From assembly GCF_007748075.1 (NCBI RefSeq), contig NZ_CP036280.1:990001-1022000 (forward strand): DNA of 32,000 bases, in the 5' to 3' direction. Below, piece after piece: positions 16,151-25,899 of this stretch (its first letter is position 1; each line of letters starts with the position of its first letter). Under the pieces are notes generated by a model, which saw nothing but the letters and a program-made list of their open reading frames with translations, searched no databases and was not told the DNA's origin. The position numbers and the translations under genes were made by a program. The stretch is from Mucisphaera calidilacus. GTDB lineage: Bacteria > Planctomycetota > Phycisphaerae > Phycisphaerales > Phycisphaeraceae.

Positions 16151-18829
16151 CTACTTCGCCGTGAACTGTGCTTCCAGCACGCGCTCGATCTGAGAACGCG
16201 TCTCCGTGAGGTGTGCCTTGGTCGCGAAGTCCAGATCCTTGCCGTGCGCATCGAGCACCGCCCCGATCTTCTCGCCGGTCTCGCGAAGGCTGTAACGCAC
16301 CATCCGCTGGACATCCGGGGAAAGATCGGCGTAGGTGAGGTCGACACTCACATAGGTCATCAGACGCTTGAGATAGACACTCTGCAAGTTGCGACGGATC
16401 GCGGGGATCATCGGCTCGGCGTCGGTGTAGGGACCGGCGGGCACCTCCTCCAACTCGGGCCAGACGATGCTGTTGAGTTTCTGCAGGTGCTCGGCGAGGG
16501 TGTACTTGTCCTCGGCGGTTGTCTTGATCTCGTTGTCGTAGAGTCGTTGCAGCCCCGGCATGCCGAGCATGTCGTACAGAACCGACTTCTGCACACGTGT
16601 GATGTAGGTGTGGATCGGGTACTCGACGGGATCGGTCCGGCTGAAGTCTTCGACCCAGCGGCTGCGCGCGAGGTTGTTCAGCAGTTTAGGATCGAACGCA
16701 AAGTAATCGGGGCTGAGAACGGTTTCGCCCAGCCGATCGACCGCCGCCCGCATCTTCTCGGGTTCCACCAGTGTCAGGGCAGCGCGGGCATCCGGGTCTG
16801 TCGCCCGGCTGCGGCTGAAGTACTGGCCACCGGGGATACGCGCAAGGTAGTACCCCGGACGGGTCATCTCCGAGAGGAGGGCAGAGAACATCTGACGCAG
16901 GAAATAGCGAGGTTCATCGCGGTCGGCACCCCACGTCGACAGCTCGTCCATCAATTCTGACACCAGTTCGCCGCGTGTGGTCAGCCAGCCGTCCAGATCG
17001 GAGGAGAGATCCCAGCGGTTGGTCAACGGGTCGGGTGAGAAGATGTAATAGGTGTCTTCGTCGGTGGCGTAAGCGTGCTCCGGCTTGGTGCTCTGGGCGG
17101 CCACCGAGGCAAGGAAGTCATTGGCCGACTGCCCGGGAGCGGGGTCGCCGTAGCCATACTCGATCGCCCAGTAGTCATAGGGGCCGATCACGGGTGTCAC
17201 AAAGTGCCGTACCTCTTCAAAGGAGTCGCCCTTGAAGTACATGATCGGGTTGTAGTCCATGACGGACGCCGAGAGCGCCTCGTCAGAGCCGTCACGTCGC
17301 TCACGGATCTGGTCGAGTGTCAGCCAGGCCGAGGCTCGGAAGTTGTGGCGGAGCCCGAGCGTGTGGCCCACCTCGTGAGTCGTGATCTGCTTGATCACTT
17401 CGCCAAGGAATCGTTCGGGTACCTCTTTACCCGTGGGTGTCACGACCTTAGCTGCTATCAGGCCCATAGCCATCTGCTGCGCCAGACCGTGCGCGATCGA
17501 GCAGGAAGCGCACTCGTGACTTTCGTGTCCCACGTGCCCCCGTGTCCATGTCTCTGCAGCCCGTTCATCGAGACCGCCATGACCGGCGGCGAGATCGAGC
17601 ATGGCTTCGTGGTGCTCATATCCCGGGCCACGTACCGATGAGAGCGAACTCGGCCCGAGCTGATCGAACTCGGCCGTGAACCACCGGATCATGGAGTCAT
17701 CAAACACGATGTCGGCGTCGAGGATCTGCCCGGTCCGAGGGTCGGCGACACTGGGCCCGCGTGCGAAGGCGCGTCCCGTGACCACCCAGCGGATGAAGTT
17801 GTAGCGGGCGTCCTCGGGATCAATGTCAGCGAACTCGTTGGACGCCGTCTGCTGCTGAACGATGATGGCATCGACGTAGCCGATCTCCTCGAACGCCTTG
17901 TTCCATTCCTCGATCCCGGCACGGATCCATCGCCGCCAGCGGATCGGAACGCTGTCCTCGATGATGAAGACAATGGGCTCCTTGGGCGGTGATAATTCGA
18001 GACTCGGGTCCTGCTTCTCCAGCTTCCAGCGGTTGGCGTAGCGGACGCGGGTCTCGCGTTCCGAGTAACTCGTGCTCCAGTCACGACGGAGCGTAACGAA
18101 GTAGCCGACACGCTCGTCGGCCGGGCGGGGCGTGTAGGAGGACTCGGCCGGCAGCTTCCTGAAGGCGTAGGCCACGCCCACACTCTCGCCGCCATAGGTC
18201 GAGGACATCGCGAGATCGATATCGATCAGCACATTCTCCGGGAAGTTTTTCACCTTGCGCACCACGCTTAGCTTGCGGTTGGGCGAGCCGGTGCCCGCTG
18301 CGGTCGGAGGACGCGAGATCTTGCTGAACACCAGACCACCCAGGTCCACGACCGGGTCACCACCCGCCATCGTGACGATCGGCAGGGCCACCAGAAAACT
18401 CGGTCGGTAGGTGCGCTCGATGGCGTTATTCACGGGTGATCCCGGAGACTGGACATACTCCACGTTGGGCGCAACCAGCTTCACGTGCTTGCCGACGATC
18501 TCCCAGCGCACCAGCCAGTCACTCCACATAAAGCCCGCATACTGACCGCGCGAAATACTCGTCGCGAACAGCAGGTCCTCGCCGATCAGCGAGCGAGGGA
18601 TCCGGCACAGAAGCTTGGTGTGGTCCTGCGTCGGGTCATCGCCGGAGGCTCGATAGATGGTCATCAGGCCGGGAATCTCCTCGAGACCCTCGACCACTTT
18701 CTTGAACTCAGGATAAGCCGGCTTGGGTGTGGAGGCCTTCGTTTCAGCCTCATCAGCGGCGACACTCAGCGGCGCGAACAGCAACACGGCAGCGACCAGG
18801 AACAACCCGAGGGGACGAAACGTCAACAT
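16151..18829 (-). CDS. Secreted zinc-dependent metalloprotease (DUF5117/DUF4953-like metzincin)
   Basis: HEVGHTLGLRH (17345-17377, minus strand) followed by SVMDYNP. Signal peptide MLTFRPLGLFLVAAVLLFAPLSVAAD from ATG 18829. The ORF extends to GTG 18865 with no SD there. Confidence 0.85.
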   Translation of the reverse strand: MLTFRPLGLFLVAAVLLFAPLSVAADEAETKASTPKPAYPEFKKVVEGLEEIPGLMTIYRASGDDPTQDHTKLLCRIPRSLIGEDLLFATSISRGQYAGFMWSDWLVRWEIVGKHVKLVAPNVEYVQSPGSPVNNAIERTYRPSFLVALPIVTMAGGDPVVDLGGLVFSKISRPPTAAGTGSPNRKLSVVRKVKNFPENVLIDIDLAMSSTYGGESVGVAYAFRKLPAESSYTPRPADERVGYFVTLRRDWSTSYSERETRVRYANRWKLEKQDPSLELSPPKEPIVFIIEDSVPIRWRRWIRAGIEEWNKAFEEIGYVDAIIVQQQTASNEFADIDPEDARYNFIRWVVTGRAFARGPSVADPRTGQILDADIVFDDSMIRWFTAEFDQLGPSSLSSVRGPGYEHHEAMLDLAAGHGGLDERAAETWTRGHVGHESHECASCSIAHGLAQQMAMGLIAAKVVTPTGKEVPERFLGEVIKQITTHEVGHTLGLRHNFRASAWLTLDQIRERRDGSDEALSASVMDYNPIMYFKGDSFEEVRHFVTPVIGPYDYWAIEYGYGDPAPGQSANDFLASVAAQSTKPEHAYATDEDTYYIFSPDPLTNRWDLSSDLDGWLTTRGELVSELMDELSTWGADRDEPRYFLRQMFSALLSEMTRPGYYLARIPGGQYFSRSRATDPDARAALTLVEPEKMRAAVDRLGETVLSPDYFAFDPKLLNNLARSRWVEDFSRTDPVEYPIHTYITRVQKSVLYDMLGMPGLQRLYDNEIKTTAEDKYTLAEHLQKLNSIVWPELEEVPAGPYTDAEPMIPAIRRNLQSVYLKRLMTYVSVDLTYADLSPDVQRMVRYSLRETGEKIGAVLDAHGKDLDFATKAHLTETRSQIERVLEAQFTAK

Positions 18830-18983
18830 GCTTGGATTCCCGTTGCAGGTATGGACTAACTTCACTTCTATCGATCACGGCGACACACGGACGCGATCCT
18901 GCGCACCACATGGTCAGACCGGACCTATAACCATAGATCCGTCCCGAACCGGTATCAATGAGCGACAAGGCACGGCCCGAGAA

Positions 18984-19700
18984 TCAGTCTGCCAGGTCGA
19001 ACAGCAACGCCTGCGTCGGCTCGGTTGCCGTGATCACCAGGGAAGACTCATCGCGTAAACCGATCGCATCACCCGACTTGAGGGATAGATCGGCCACGGT
19101 GAGTCCGCCTCGTGCGACATGAAGCCAGCCGATACGGCCCTCCTCGAAGTCATAGTCGAGTGTGCTGCCGGGTTCCAGGTCGGTGACCAGCACGCGCACG
19201 GCCTGAGCCACGGGCATGGGGTCGCCCTTGAACCCCTCGGTCTCCCGGTCGTCAACGGCGAGCCACTGCCACCGATTGGCCCGATCTTCCGCAGCGAATG
19301 ACCGCTGAGCGTATCGAGGCTCCGCGCCGGATTCACGGGGCACGATCCAGATCTGCAGGAAGTGGACCTGCTCGCTGTCGGAGGCATTGAACTCTGAATG
19401 CCTGATGCCCCGGCCCGCGGTCATCATCTGCAACTCCCCCGGCCGGAGCTCCTGAAGATTGCCCAGGCTGTCGCCATGCTTGAGCCCGCCCTCCAAAACC
19501 CAGGTCATAATCTCCATGTCCCGGTGGGGATGCTCGCCAAAGCCTTGGCCCGGCTGAACGATGTCATCGTTGATGACCCGGAGCGGCCCGAAACCCATAG
19601 CCTGGGCGTCCTGATAGGCCCCAAAAGAGAAGGTGTGGCGTGAGTAAAGCCAGTCAAGAGAAGTGGTTCCGCGAGTATCAGCCGGTCGGTGCAGGATCAT
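18984..19700 (-). CDS. Pirin-family protein (cupin; quercetinase-like)
   Basis: GFGEHPHRDMEIMTWVLEGGLKHGDSLGN and MTAGRGIRHSEFN are pirin signatures. AGGAA lies about 7 nt before ATG 19700; GTG 19703 is an alternative start. Confidence 0.9.
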   Translation of the reverse strand: MILHRPADTRGTTSLDWLYSRHTFSFGAYQDAQAMGFGPLRVINDDIVQPGQGFGEHPHRDMEIMTWVLEGGLKHGDSLGNLQELRPGELQMMTAGRGIRHSEFNASDSEQVHFLQIWIVPRESGAEPRYAQRSFAAEDRANRWQWLAVDDRETEGFKGDPMPVAQAVRVLVTDLEPGSTLDYDFEEGRIGWLHVARGGLTVADLSLKSGDAIGLRDESSLVITATEPTQALLFDLAD

Positions 19701-19824
19701 CACAGTTTCCTTTCGCCGTCACATTAGGCGGTCATGTTCAAAATGACTGAAAAAATTCGGATCAGGTCCTTGCGGCTGGCGAATTAATCAGTTAGGTTAT
19801 TGTTCGCCATACGCAACCCCAACA

Positions 19825-19853
19825 TTGACGACGCAAGGAGCCTCTCATATGGT
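19825..19853 (+). promoter_or_regulatory. Candidate recA promoter
   Basis: TTGACG (19825-19830), 17-nt spacer, TATGGT (19848-19853). This would give a leader of roughly 55 nt to ATG 19915. Confidence 0.4.
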
Positions 19854-19914
19854 GACGGCAGCACCCCGCATCTCGAACAACGGCCAGAGCACGACCACGA
19901 CCCGAGGAAACAGC

Positions 19915-20991
<1,077 letters not shown>

Positions 20992-21163
20992 CCTTCCAAA
21001 CAGGGCGGGGCGGAGGCCGAGGAAGACGCAGATGGGATGAGAATTGACCCGTCGGTGCCCGCAATCCGATAGATAGTGCGTGAAGCATGGACCTGACTAC
21101 ATCGTGGAGATCGACGGCCTGGGGCCGCCGGTTGTAACACCCAGCCTGGAGGAGGGTTCGGGT

Positions 21164-21406
21164 GTGCAAGGCGATGGTTCGGGTACGCGTGATCCGGGGG
21201 AGGATGCTTCCGAGGCTCTGGGCGGTACCGGGGGTGGCAAGCGGCGCTGGATCGCGGTGTACTGGCGGTGTTGTTCGGTCTACTCGCGGATTTATGTCAA
21301 CCGCAGCGGCACAGCCTATGAGGGGCACTGCCCGAACTGTGCGCGGCACGTCCGGGCACGGATCGGTGCGGAAGGGACGAGCTCGCGGTTCTTTCAGGCG
21401 GATTGA
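21164..21406 (+). CDS. Small Cys-rich (putative zinc-ribbon) protein of unknown function
   Basis: A strong SD GGAGGAGGG (21148-21156) lies 7 nt before GTG 21164; the ORF is open back to GTG 21080. The C-terminal half [55 protein letters not shown] has third-position G+C of about 78% by hand count and a CC...CxxC arrangement. Confidence 0.55.
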   Translation: MQGDGSGTRDPGEDASEALGGTGGGKRRWIAVYWRCCSVYSRIYVNRSGTAYEGHCPNCARHVRARIGAEGTSSRFFQAD

Positions 21407-21544
21407 TTCCTACTGAGAGCTACATACAGGACGAAACCCGGTAGGGGGGAACGGTTTTCCGGTCTGTTGTGTTAGTCTGTAAGAGGGAAAAGGCTGGTCG
21501 GCCTGCAAGGCGATGCAAACGAGTTCATCAGACGGGAGCGTGTG

Positions 21545-23665
21545 ATGTCGACGACGGACAGAAGATTGCCGATGCTGTGTTTGTTGCTGGGTTTGATGAT
21601 CTGTACCTGTCTCTCGTGGTCGAATGTGCAGGCTGACATACCGATCGATCCGGAGGCAACGACGCAGGCAGAGTATGACGAGCGGTATCGGATTTTCTTC
21701 CGCACCATGATGGTTGATGCCTATCTGGAGACCGGGCGGCGTAGCGCGAGGTGGGACAACCAGGCGGAACGAGGACTGATCGAAGCGGCGCAATACTGGG
21801 CTTCACGTCCCTGGGTCCGCCATGGAGCCTGGGCATCACGGATTGTGGACGATCTGAGCGCAGCGATTGAAGCCGGGTGTGATGATCCGCTTGTCCTCTA
21901 CACGCATGCGCGTTTGCTGACGGATGATCCGCGAACCAGTGTGACACGACGCGAGGGCAACCTCATGCTGCTCGATCTTGTTGCTGCGACCGATGAGCAG
22001 GGCTACGCGCCGCTGCGTGTCTGGCTGGTGGCAAAGAATGCCCATCAGGGTTCAAGGCGTGCCTACCCCGCGGCACCCAACACCGAGGCCTTGTTGATTC
22101 GGGCGATAGAGGCGGCGGAGGCGGTCCTGCAATCTACTGAATCAGGGCATGAACAATTTATCGCGAGATGGATGGATGACTGGTTCGGCAGCCTGAATCT
22201 TGAGGAACTGCGGATCGTGCACGCCGAGTTGAAAGGCGTGGAGGACGTGGGTCCCTGGTTGCGAGAGACGACACTTGGGGCGCTCTACATCGAGCTGGCC
22301 TGGGGGTTTCGTGGCGGCGGCTGGGCCGACGAAGTAACCGAGGGCGGCTGGGAGGGTTTCCACAACTGCCTGGCATTAGCCCGGAAGCATCTGAAGAAGG
22401 CGTGGTCGCATCATAGATCTCGGCCGGAGCCGGCGGCTCTGATGATCAAGGTGTCGCTAGGTGCACCGGAGCGTGACGCCGTGTCGGAGATGCGTCTGTG
22501 GTTCGAGCGTGCGGTTCGCGCACAGTTCGATTACGAGGCGGCCTATTCGAGTTACGAATGGGGAATCCGCCCGCGATGGCACGGGTCAATCGAGGCTATC
22601 GAGGCATTCGGGCACGAGTGCCTGGAGACGGGGCGTTTCGATACGATCGTCCCCTTTCGATACATCAAGAGCATGCGAACGGTTCGCGACGAATTGGTCC
22701 GTCGCGACCCCTCGTATCGCTGGGCGTATGACGCTCGGCCGGAGACATACGAGCGGACGCGAGCTGTCCTGGAGGGATATCTCAACTCACCACCCTATGA
22801 ATTCGACCGCGAGGGGCTACTGCTGCAACTCGCGGGGTACGCGACGGTGGCAGAGCGACACGACGAGGTCATCCGCGTCGCAGGCCTGCTGGGTGAGTTA
22901 CCGAACGGAGTCGATCCCATCTCGGGCAAGCATTGGGTCGAGGTGTTGGGCACGTCCATGACAGAAGCGGGCCCTGAAAAAGAAGAGCTTCGGCGCGCAC
23001 GCCTCTTACTCAGCAGCGGCCGTCAGTCGGATGCGGCAACGATCTACACGTCGCTGGCGGTGACGGCGGAATCGAAAACGATGCGGGCGTTCTACCGCAA
23101 ACGTGTGGTGACACTCGACTGGTACGGTCAGTTCATGGAGAATCTGCCGGTGGCGGTCACCCCAGACGAAGCGTTGACGGGCTGGGAACCGGTTCAGGGA
23201 TCGTGGTCGAGTGATGGTGAACGACTGATCGGGGATTCGCGAGGCGGGTACCTGCAGGTCCGGATGTTCGGGAGCTACGGCGATTACTGGCAGTTGTCAG
23301 GGCGTGCGCAGGTACTCGAGGCACCGGAAACGCACCGTCGGCCGCTGGTCGTGGTGGGGCGATGGGATGGCACGCCTCTAGGAGTGATCATGGATGCGCA
23401 CCGCAAGGAAGTGAGTGTGGGTGAGTTGTCGTCGCGAAGGATGCTGGTGCGCGTGCCGGCGGTGGATGATGATTTTCGCTTTCGGATTCAATTCCGGAAA
23501 GGGCAGATCCACATCTGGATCGACGAAGAACTGGTGGTTCAGAACGCCTGGTTCAGCGGTTACGAAGAGACTCACGACAATCGGCCCGGCGTGGGTGGCT
23601 ACTACTGGGATCAGCCGGCACGGATCTCCTTCTCCGATTTGGAGTTGCATCGGTTGATGCCGTAG
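21545..23665 (+). CDS. Secreted hypothetical protein (706 aa): helical N/central region (DUF4034-like?) plus a C-terminal jelly-roll/LamG-like (DUF1080-like?) domain
   Basis: GGGAG lies 6 nt before ATG 21545. Signal peptide LPMLCLLLGLMICTCLSWSNVQA. Central stretch WGFRGGGWADEVTEGGWEGFHNCLALARKHLKKAW...WFERAVRAQFDYEAAYSSYEWGIRPRWHGS. C-terminal stretch TGWEPVQGSWSSDGERLIG...FRIQFRKGQIHIWIDEELVVQNAWF. Domain names are tentative. Confidence 0.75.
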   Translation: MSTTDRRLPMLCLLLGLMICTCLSWSNVQADIPIDPEATTQAEYDERYRIFFRTMMVDAYLETGRRSARWDNQAERGLIEAAQYWASRPWVRHGAWASRIVDDLSAAIEAGCDDPLVLYTHARLLTDDPRTSVTRREGNLMLLDLVAATDEQGYAPLRVWLVAKNAHQGSRRAYPAAPNTEALLIRAIEAAEAVLQSTESGHEQFIARWMDDWFGSLNLEELRIVHAELKGVEDVGPWLRETTLGALYIELAWGFRGGGWADEVTEGGWEGFHNCLALARKHLKKAWSHHRSRPEPAALMIKVSLGAPERDAVSEMRLWFERAVRAQFDYEAAYSSYEWGIRPRWHGSIEAIEAFGHECLETGRFDTIVPFRYIKSMRTVRDELVRRDPSYRWAYDARPETYERTRAVLEGYLNSPPYEFDREGLLLQLAGYATVAERHDEVIRVAGLLGELPNGVDPISGKHWVEVLGTSMTEAGPEKEELRRARLLLSSGRQSDAATIYTSLAVTAESKTMRAFYRKRVVTLDWYGQFMENLPVAVTPDEALTGWEPVQGSWSSDGERLIGDSRGGYLQVRMFGSYGDYWQLSGRAQVLEAPETHRRPLVVVGRWDGTPLGVIMDAHRKEVSVGELSSRRMLVRVPAVDDDFRFRIQFRKGQIHIWIDEELVVQNAWFSGYEETHDNRPGVGGYYWDQPARISFSDLELHRLMP

Positions 23666-23738
23666 GAGCCTGCGTCTCGACTCAGTATCTCAATGTGGTC
23701 AATCAGATCATGACGCGCGATGAGTGCTGACGCTGTTG

Positions 23739-25757
23739 TCAGCTGAATTCATCGGTCTCAAGATTCAGATAGGCACGTTCTGTGTCGGTGAGTTCTACGG
23801 AGAGCGCGGGCAGCGTCGTTTCGAGCTCATCGAGATTACGAGGACCGATCAGCGCAAAAGAGGGGAAGGGCTGCGTGAGGACGTAGGCGGCGGCGATGTT
23901 GATGGCCGAGACGTTGTGACGCCCCGCCAGCTCAAAGGCGCGTTCGCGTCGCGTGCGGTTATCCGGCGCGTCCCACGCATCATTCTCCTGCCAGAGATGG
24001 TTGTCGGTGCCCCCCGGGGTGACGAAGTAGCCGCGTGCCTGACTGGACCACGCGAGGTTCGGAATCTGGTTCTCAACCAGCGTGGCACGGCTCTCGGGGT
24101 CCGAGACAGAGATGCAACCGTCCCAGACGGGCCGGACCATGCGGGCGAGCGAGAAGTTGTTGCTGAGGATCGAGAATCGGTGGCGTTGGTTGGCGGCGGC
24201 GTAGGCGTTGGCGTCGTTGAATCGACCAAGGCTCCAGTTGCTCCCGCCGAAGACCGAGACACGGCCATCCTCGACGAGTTCATGAAGGACGTCGACAAAT
24301 TCATCGACGGGGATGCCCGGGTTGTCGCGGTGAAGCAGCAGGAGGTCGGCCTTGTCGAGCCCCATGCGGTCGAGCGAAACAGCGAACTGAGACTTGATCG
24401 AATCGGGATCGCAATAAGGCGTGTGTGCCACCTTAACAATGACGTTGACCCGATCACGCACCCCGCGGGCGTTGATCCAGTGGCCCAGGAGCTGCTCCTG
24501 TCGCCCGCCGTCGTAGATATGCGCGGTATCGAAGGTGTTGCCGCCTGCGTCGAGGTAGTGATCGAACATGGCGGCGGCATGCGGGTAGTTGATCTGGTTG
24601 TCGCAGCCCATCACGAGCCTGGTGACCGGGCGGCTCAGGCCCGGGATCTCGGCCTGACTTATGCGGGGGGTTGTTCTGGACTGAGGCCGCTTGCGGGACC
24701 GAGGTGTCTGGAAACGCTCCGGCGATTCCGAGGGATACCTCAGCCGGATCGTGCGCCGCCAGAGGTCGAGCGTGCGGGCCTGTCCGAGGGAGTCATTCCA
24801 GCTCATCGCGGGAGACTCTTTCTCCCCTGCGAGGATGGCACGGCTGGCTTCACCGATCTCGTAGCCGAAGCTGTTGAGTTCGGAGGGGCAGTCGACGGTC
24901 TGAGTCTTGCCTTCGGCCTCCAGGATGAGTTGTGCGTGGTCCGGTTCGCCTCGGCTGTTGAGCCACGGGTTGGGAAGCGTGATGGTTCCACGCGTGCCGG
25001 CGATGATGGCACGGTTGTCCAGATGCGCGTTGATCGCAGTTGATGCCTCGGCGACGAACCCGCTGTCAAACTTCAGGAGTGCCGAGGCGACAACATCGAC
25101 GCCCGTGTGGCCGAGGTGTCCGTCGCCCACGACTCGATCGGGATCAGCGAAAGACCGGCCGGTGGCGACGCCGGCAACAAGCCGCAGAAGGTGGATCGGG
25201 TAGCAGCCGACGTCAAGAATGCCGCCGCCGCCAAGTTCGGGATTCAACAGTCGGCCGTCGGGGTCCGGGTTGGGCCCCGTGTTGAAGCCAAACGCGGCCC
25301 GGGCGTGACGCAGTTCGCCGATAGCGCCGCCCTTGATCAGCTCGACGAGCTTGTGGGTCTGTGGATGGCAGCGGTCCTTGAAGGCCTCCATGTAGAAGAC
25401 CTCGTACGCGCGGACGGCAGCGATCACCGGCATCAGCTCGCCAAGGTTCAGAGCCGCGGGTTTTTCGCACAGGATGTGCTTTCCGGCCTCAGCGGCCTCG
25501 ATGGAGAGCTGGGCATGGAGCGGGTGGGGCGTGGCGATATAGACGGCATCGACCTCGGGGTCGGCGAGAAGGTCGTCGTAGCTGCCGTTCGCACGGACGC
25601 TGGCGAGCCCGAGTTGGTTGATGAAGGACGCTGCGCGGTCGCGGTCGCGGCTGGCGACGGCGGCGAGCGTGGCGTTGGCGACGGTTGTGATGGCACCGGC
25701 CATGGCTTCGGCGATGGCCCCGGTTCCGATGATGCCCCAGCGAACAGTCTGACTCAT
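23739..25757 (-). CDS. Bifunctional fusion: Gfo/Idh/MocA-family oxidoreductase (N-terminal) and aldo/keto reductase (C-terminal), 672 aa
   Basis: N-terminal half: WGIIGTGAIA Rossmann motif and HILCEKPAAL (EKP motif). A Pro/Arg/Ser-rich linker lies at about 24650-24740. C-terminal half has AKR tetrad context: FDTAHIYDGG (D,Y), VIVKV (K), LLLLHRDN (H), GGSNWS. Confidence 0.85.
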   Translation of the reverse strand: MSQTVRWGIIGTGAIAEAMAGAITTVANATLAAVASRDRDRAASFINQLGLASVRANGSYDDLLADPEVDAVYIATPHPLHAQLSIEAAEAGKHILCEKPAALNLGELMPVIAAVRAYEVFYMEAFKDRCHPQTHKLVELIKGGAIGELRHARAAFGFNTGPNPDPDGRLLNPELGGGGILDVGCYPIHLLRLVAGVATGRSFADPDRVVGDGHLGHTGVDVVASALLKFDSGFVAEASTAINAHLDNRAIIAGTRGTITLPNPWLNSRGEPDHAQLILEAEGKTQTVDCPSELNSFGYEIGEASRAILAGEKESPAMSWNDSLGQARTLDLWRRTIRLRYPSESPERFQTPRSRKRPQSRTTPRISQAEIPGLSRPVTRLVMGCDNQINYPHAAAMFDHYLDAGGNTFDTAHIYDGGRQEQLLGHWINARGVRDRVNVIVKVAHTPYCDPDSIKSQFAVSLDRMGLDKADLLLLHRDNPGIPVDEFVDVLHELVEDGRVSVFGGSNWSLGRFNDANAYAAANQRHRFSILSNNFSLARMVRPVWDGCISVSDPESRATLVENQIPNLAWSSQARGYFVTPGGTDNHLWQENDAWDAPDNRTRRERAFELAGRHNVSAINIAAAYVLTQPFPSFALIGPRNLDELETTLPALSVELTDTERAYLNLETDEFS

Positions 25758-25899
25758 GGCGATGACCTAACAGTGTGCGGTGTGATGGCTCCGAAGTTAG
25801 CAGATTCGGCTGTCTTGATCGGAGATGGACCACATCCTCCCCGTCACGCCTGCTGTGCGCCCGGGTTATTGCCGTCAGAGCCGCAGGCCCGCGCCTGTA

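Noticed and set aside
21162-21416. 84-aa alternative frame ([10 protein letters not shown]...) sharing the strong SD upstream of the small Cys-rich ORF
   Set aside because: Third-position G+C is clearly lower and the peptide is Arg-rich and featureless. The 21164 frame shows coding-like codon bias.
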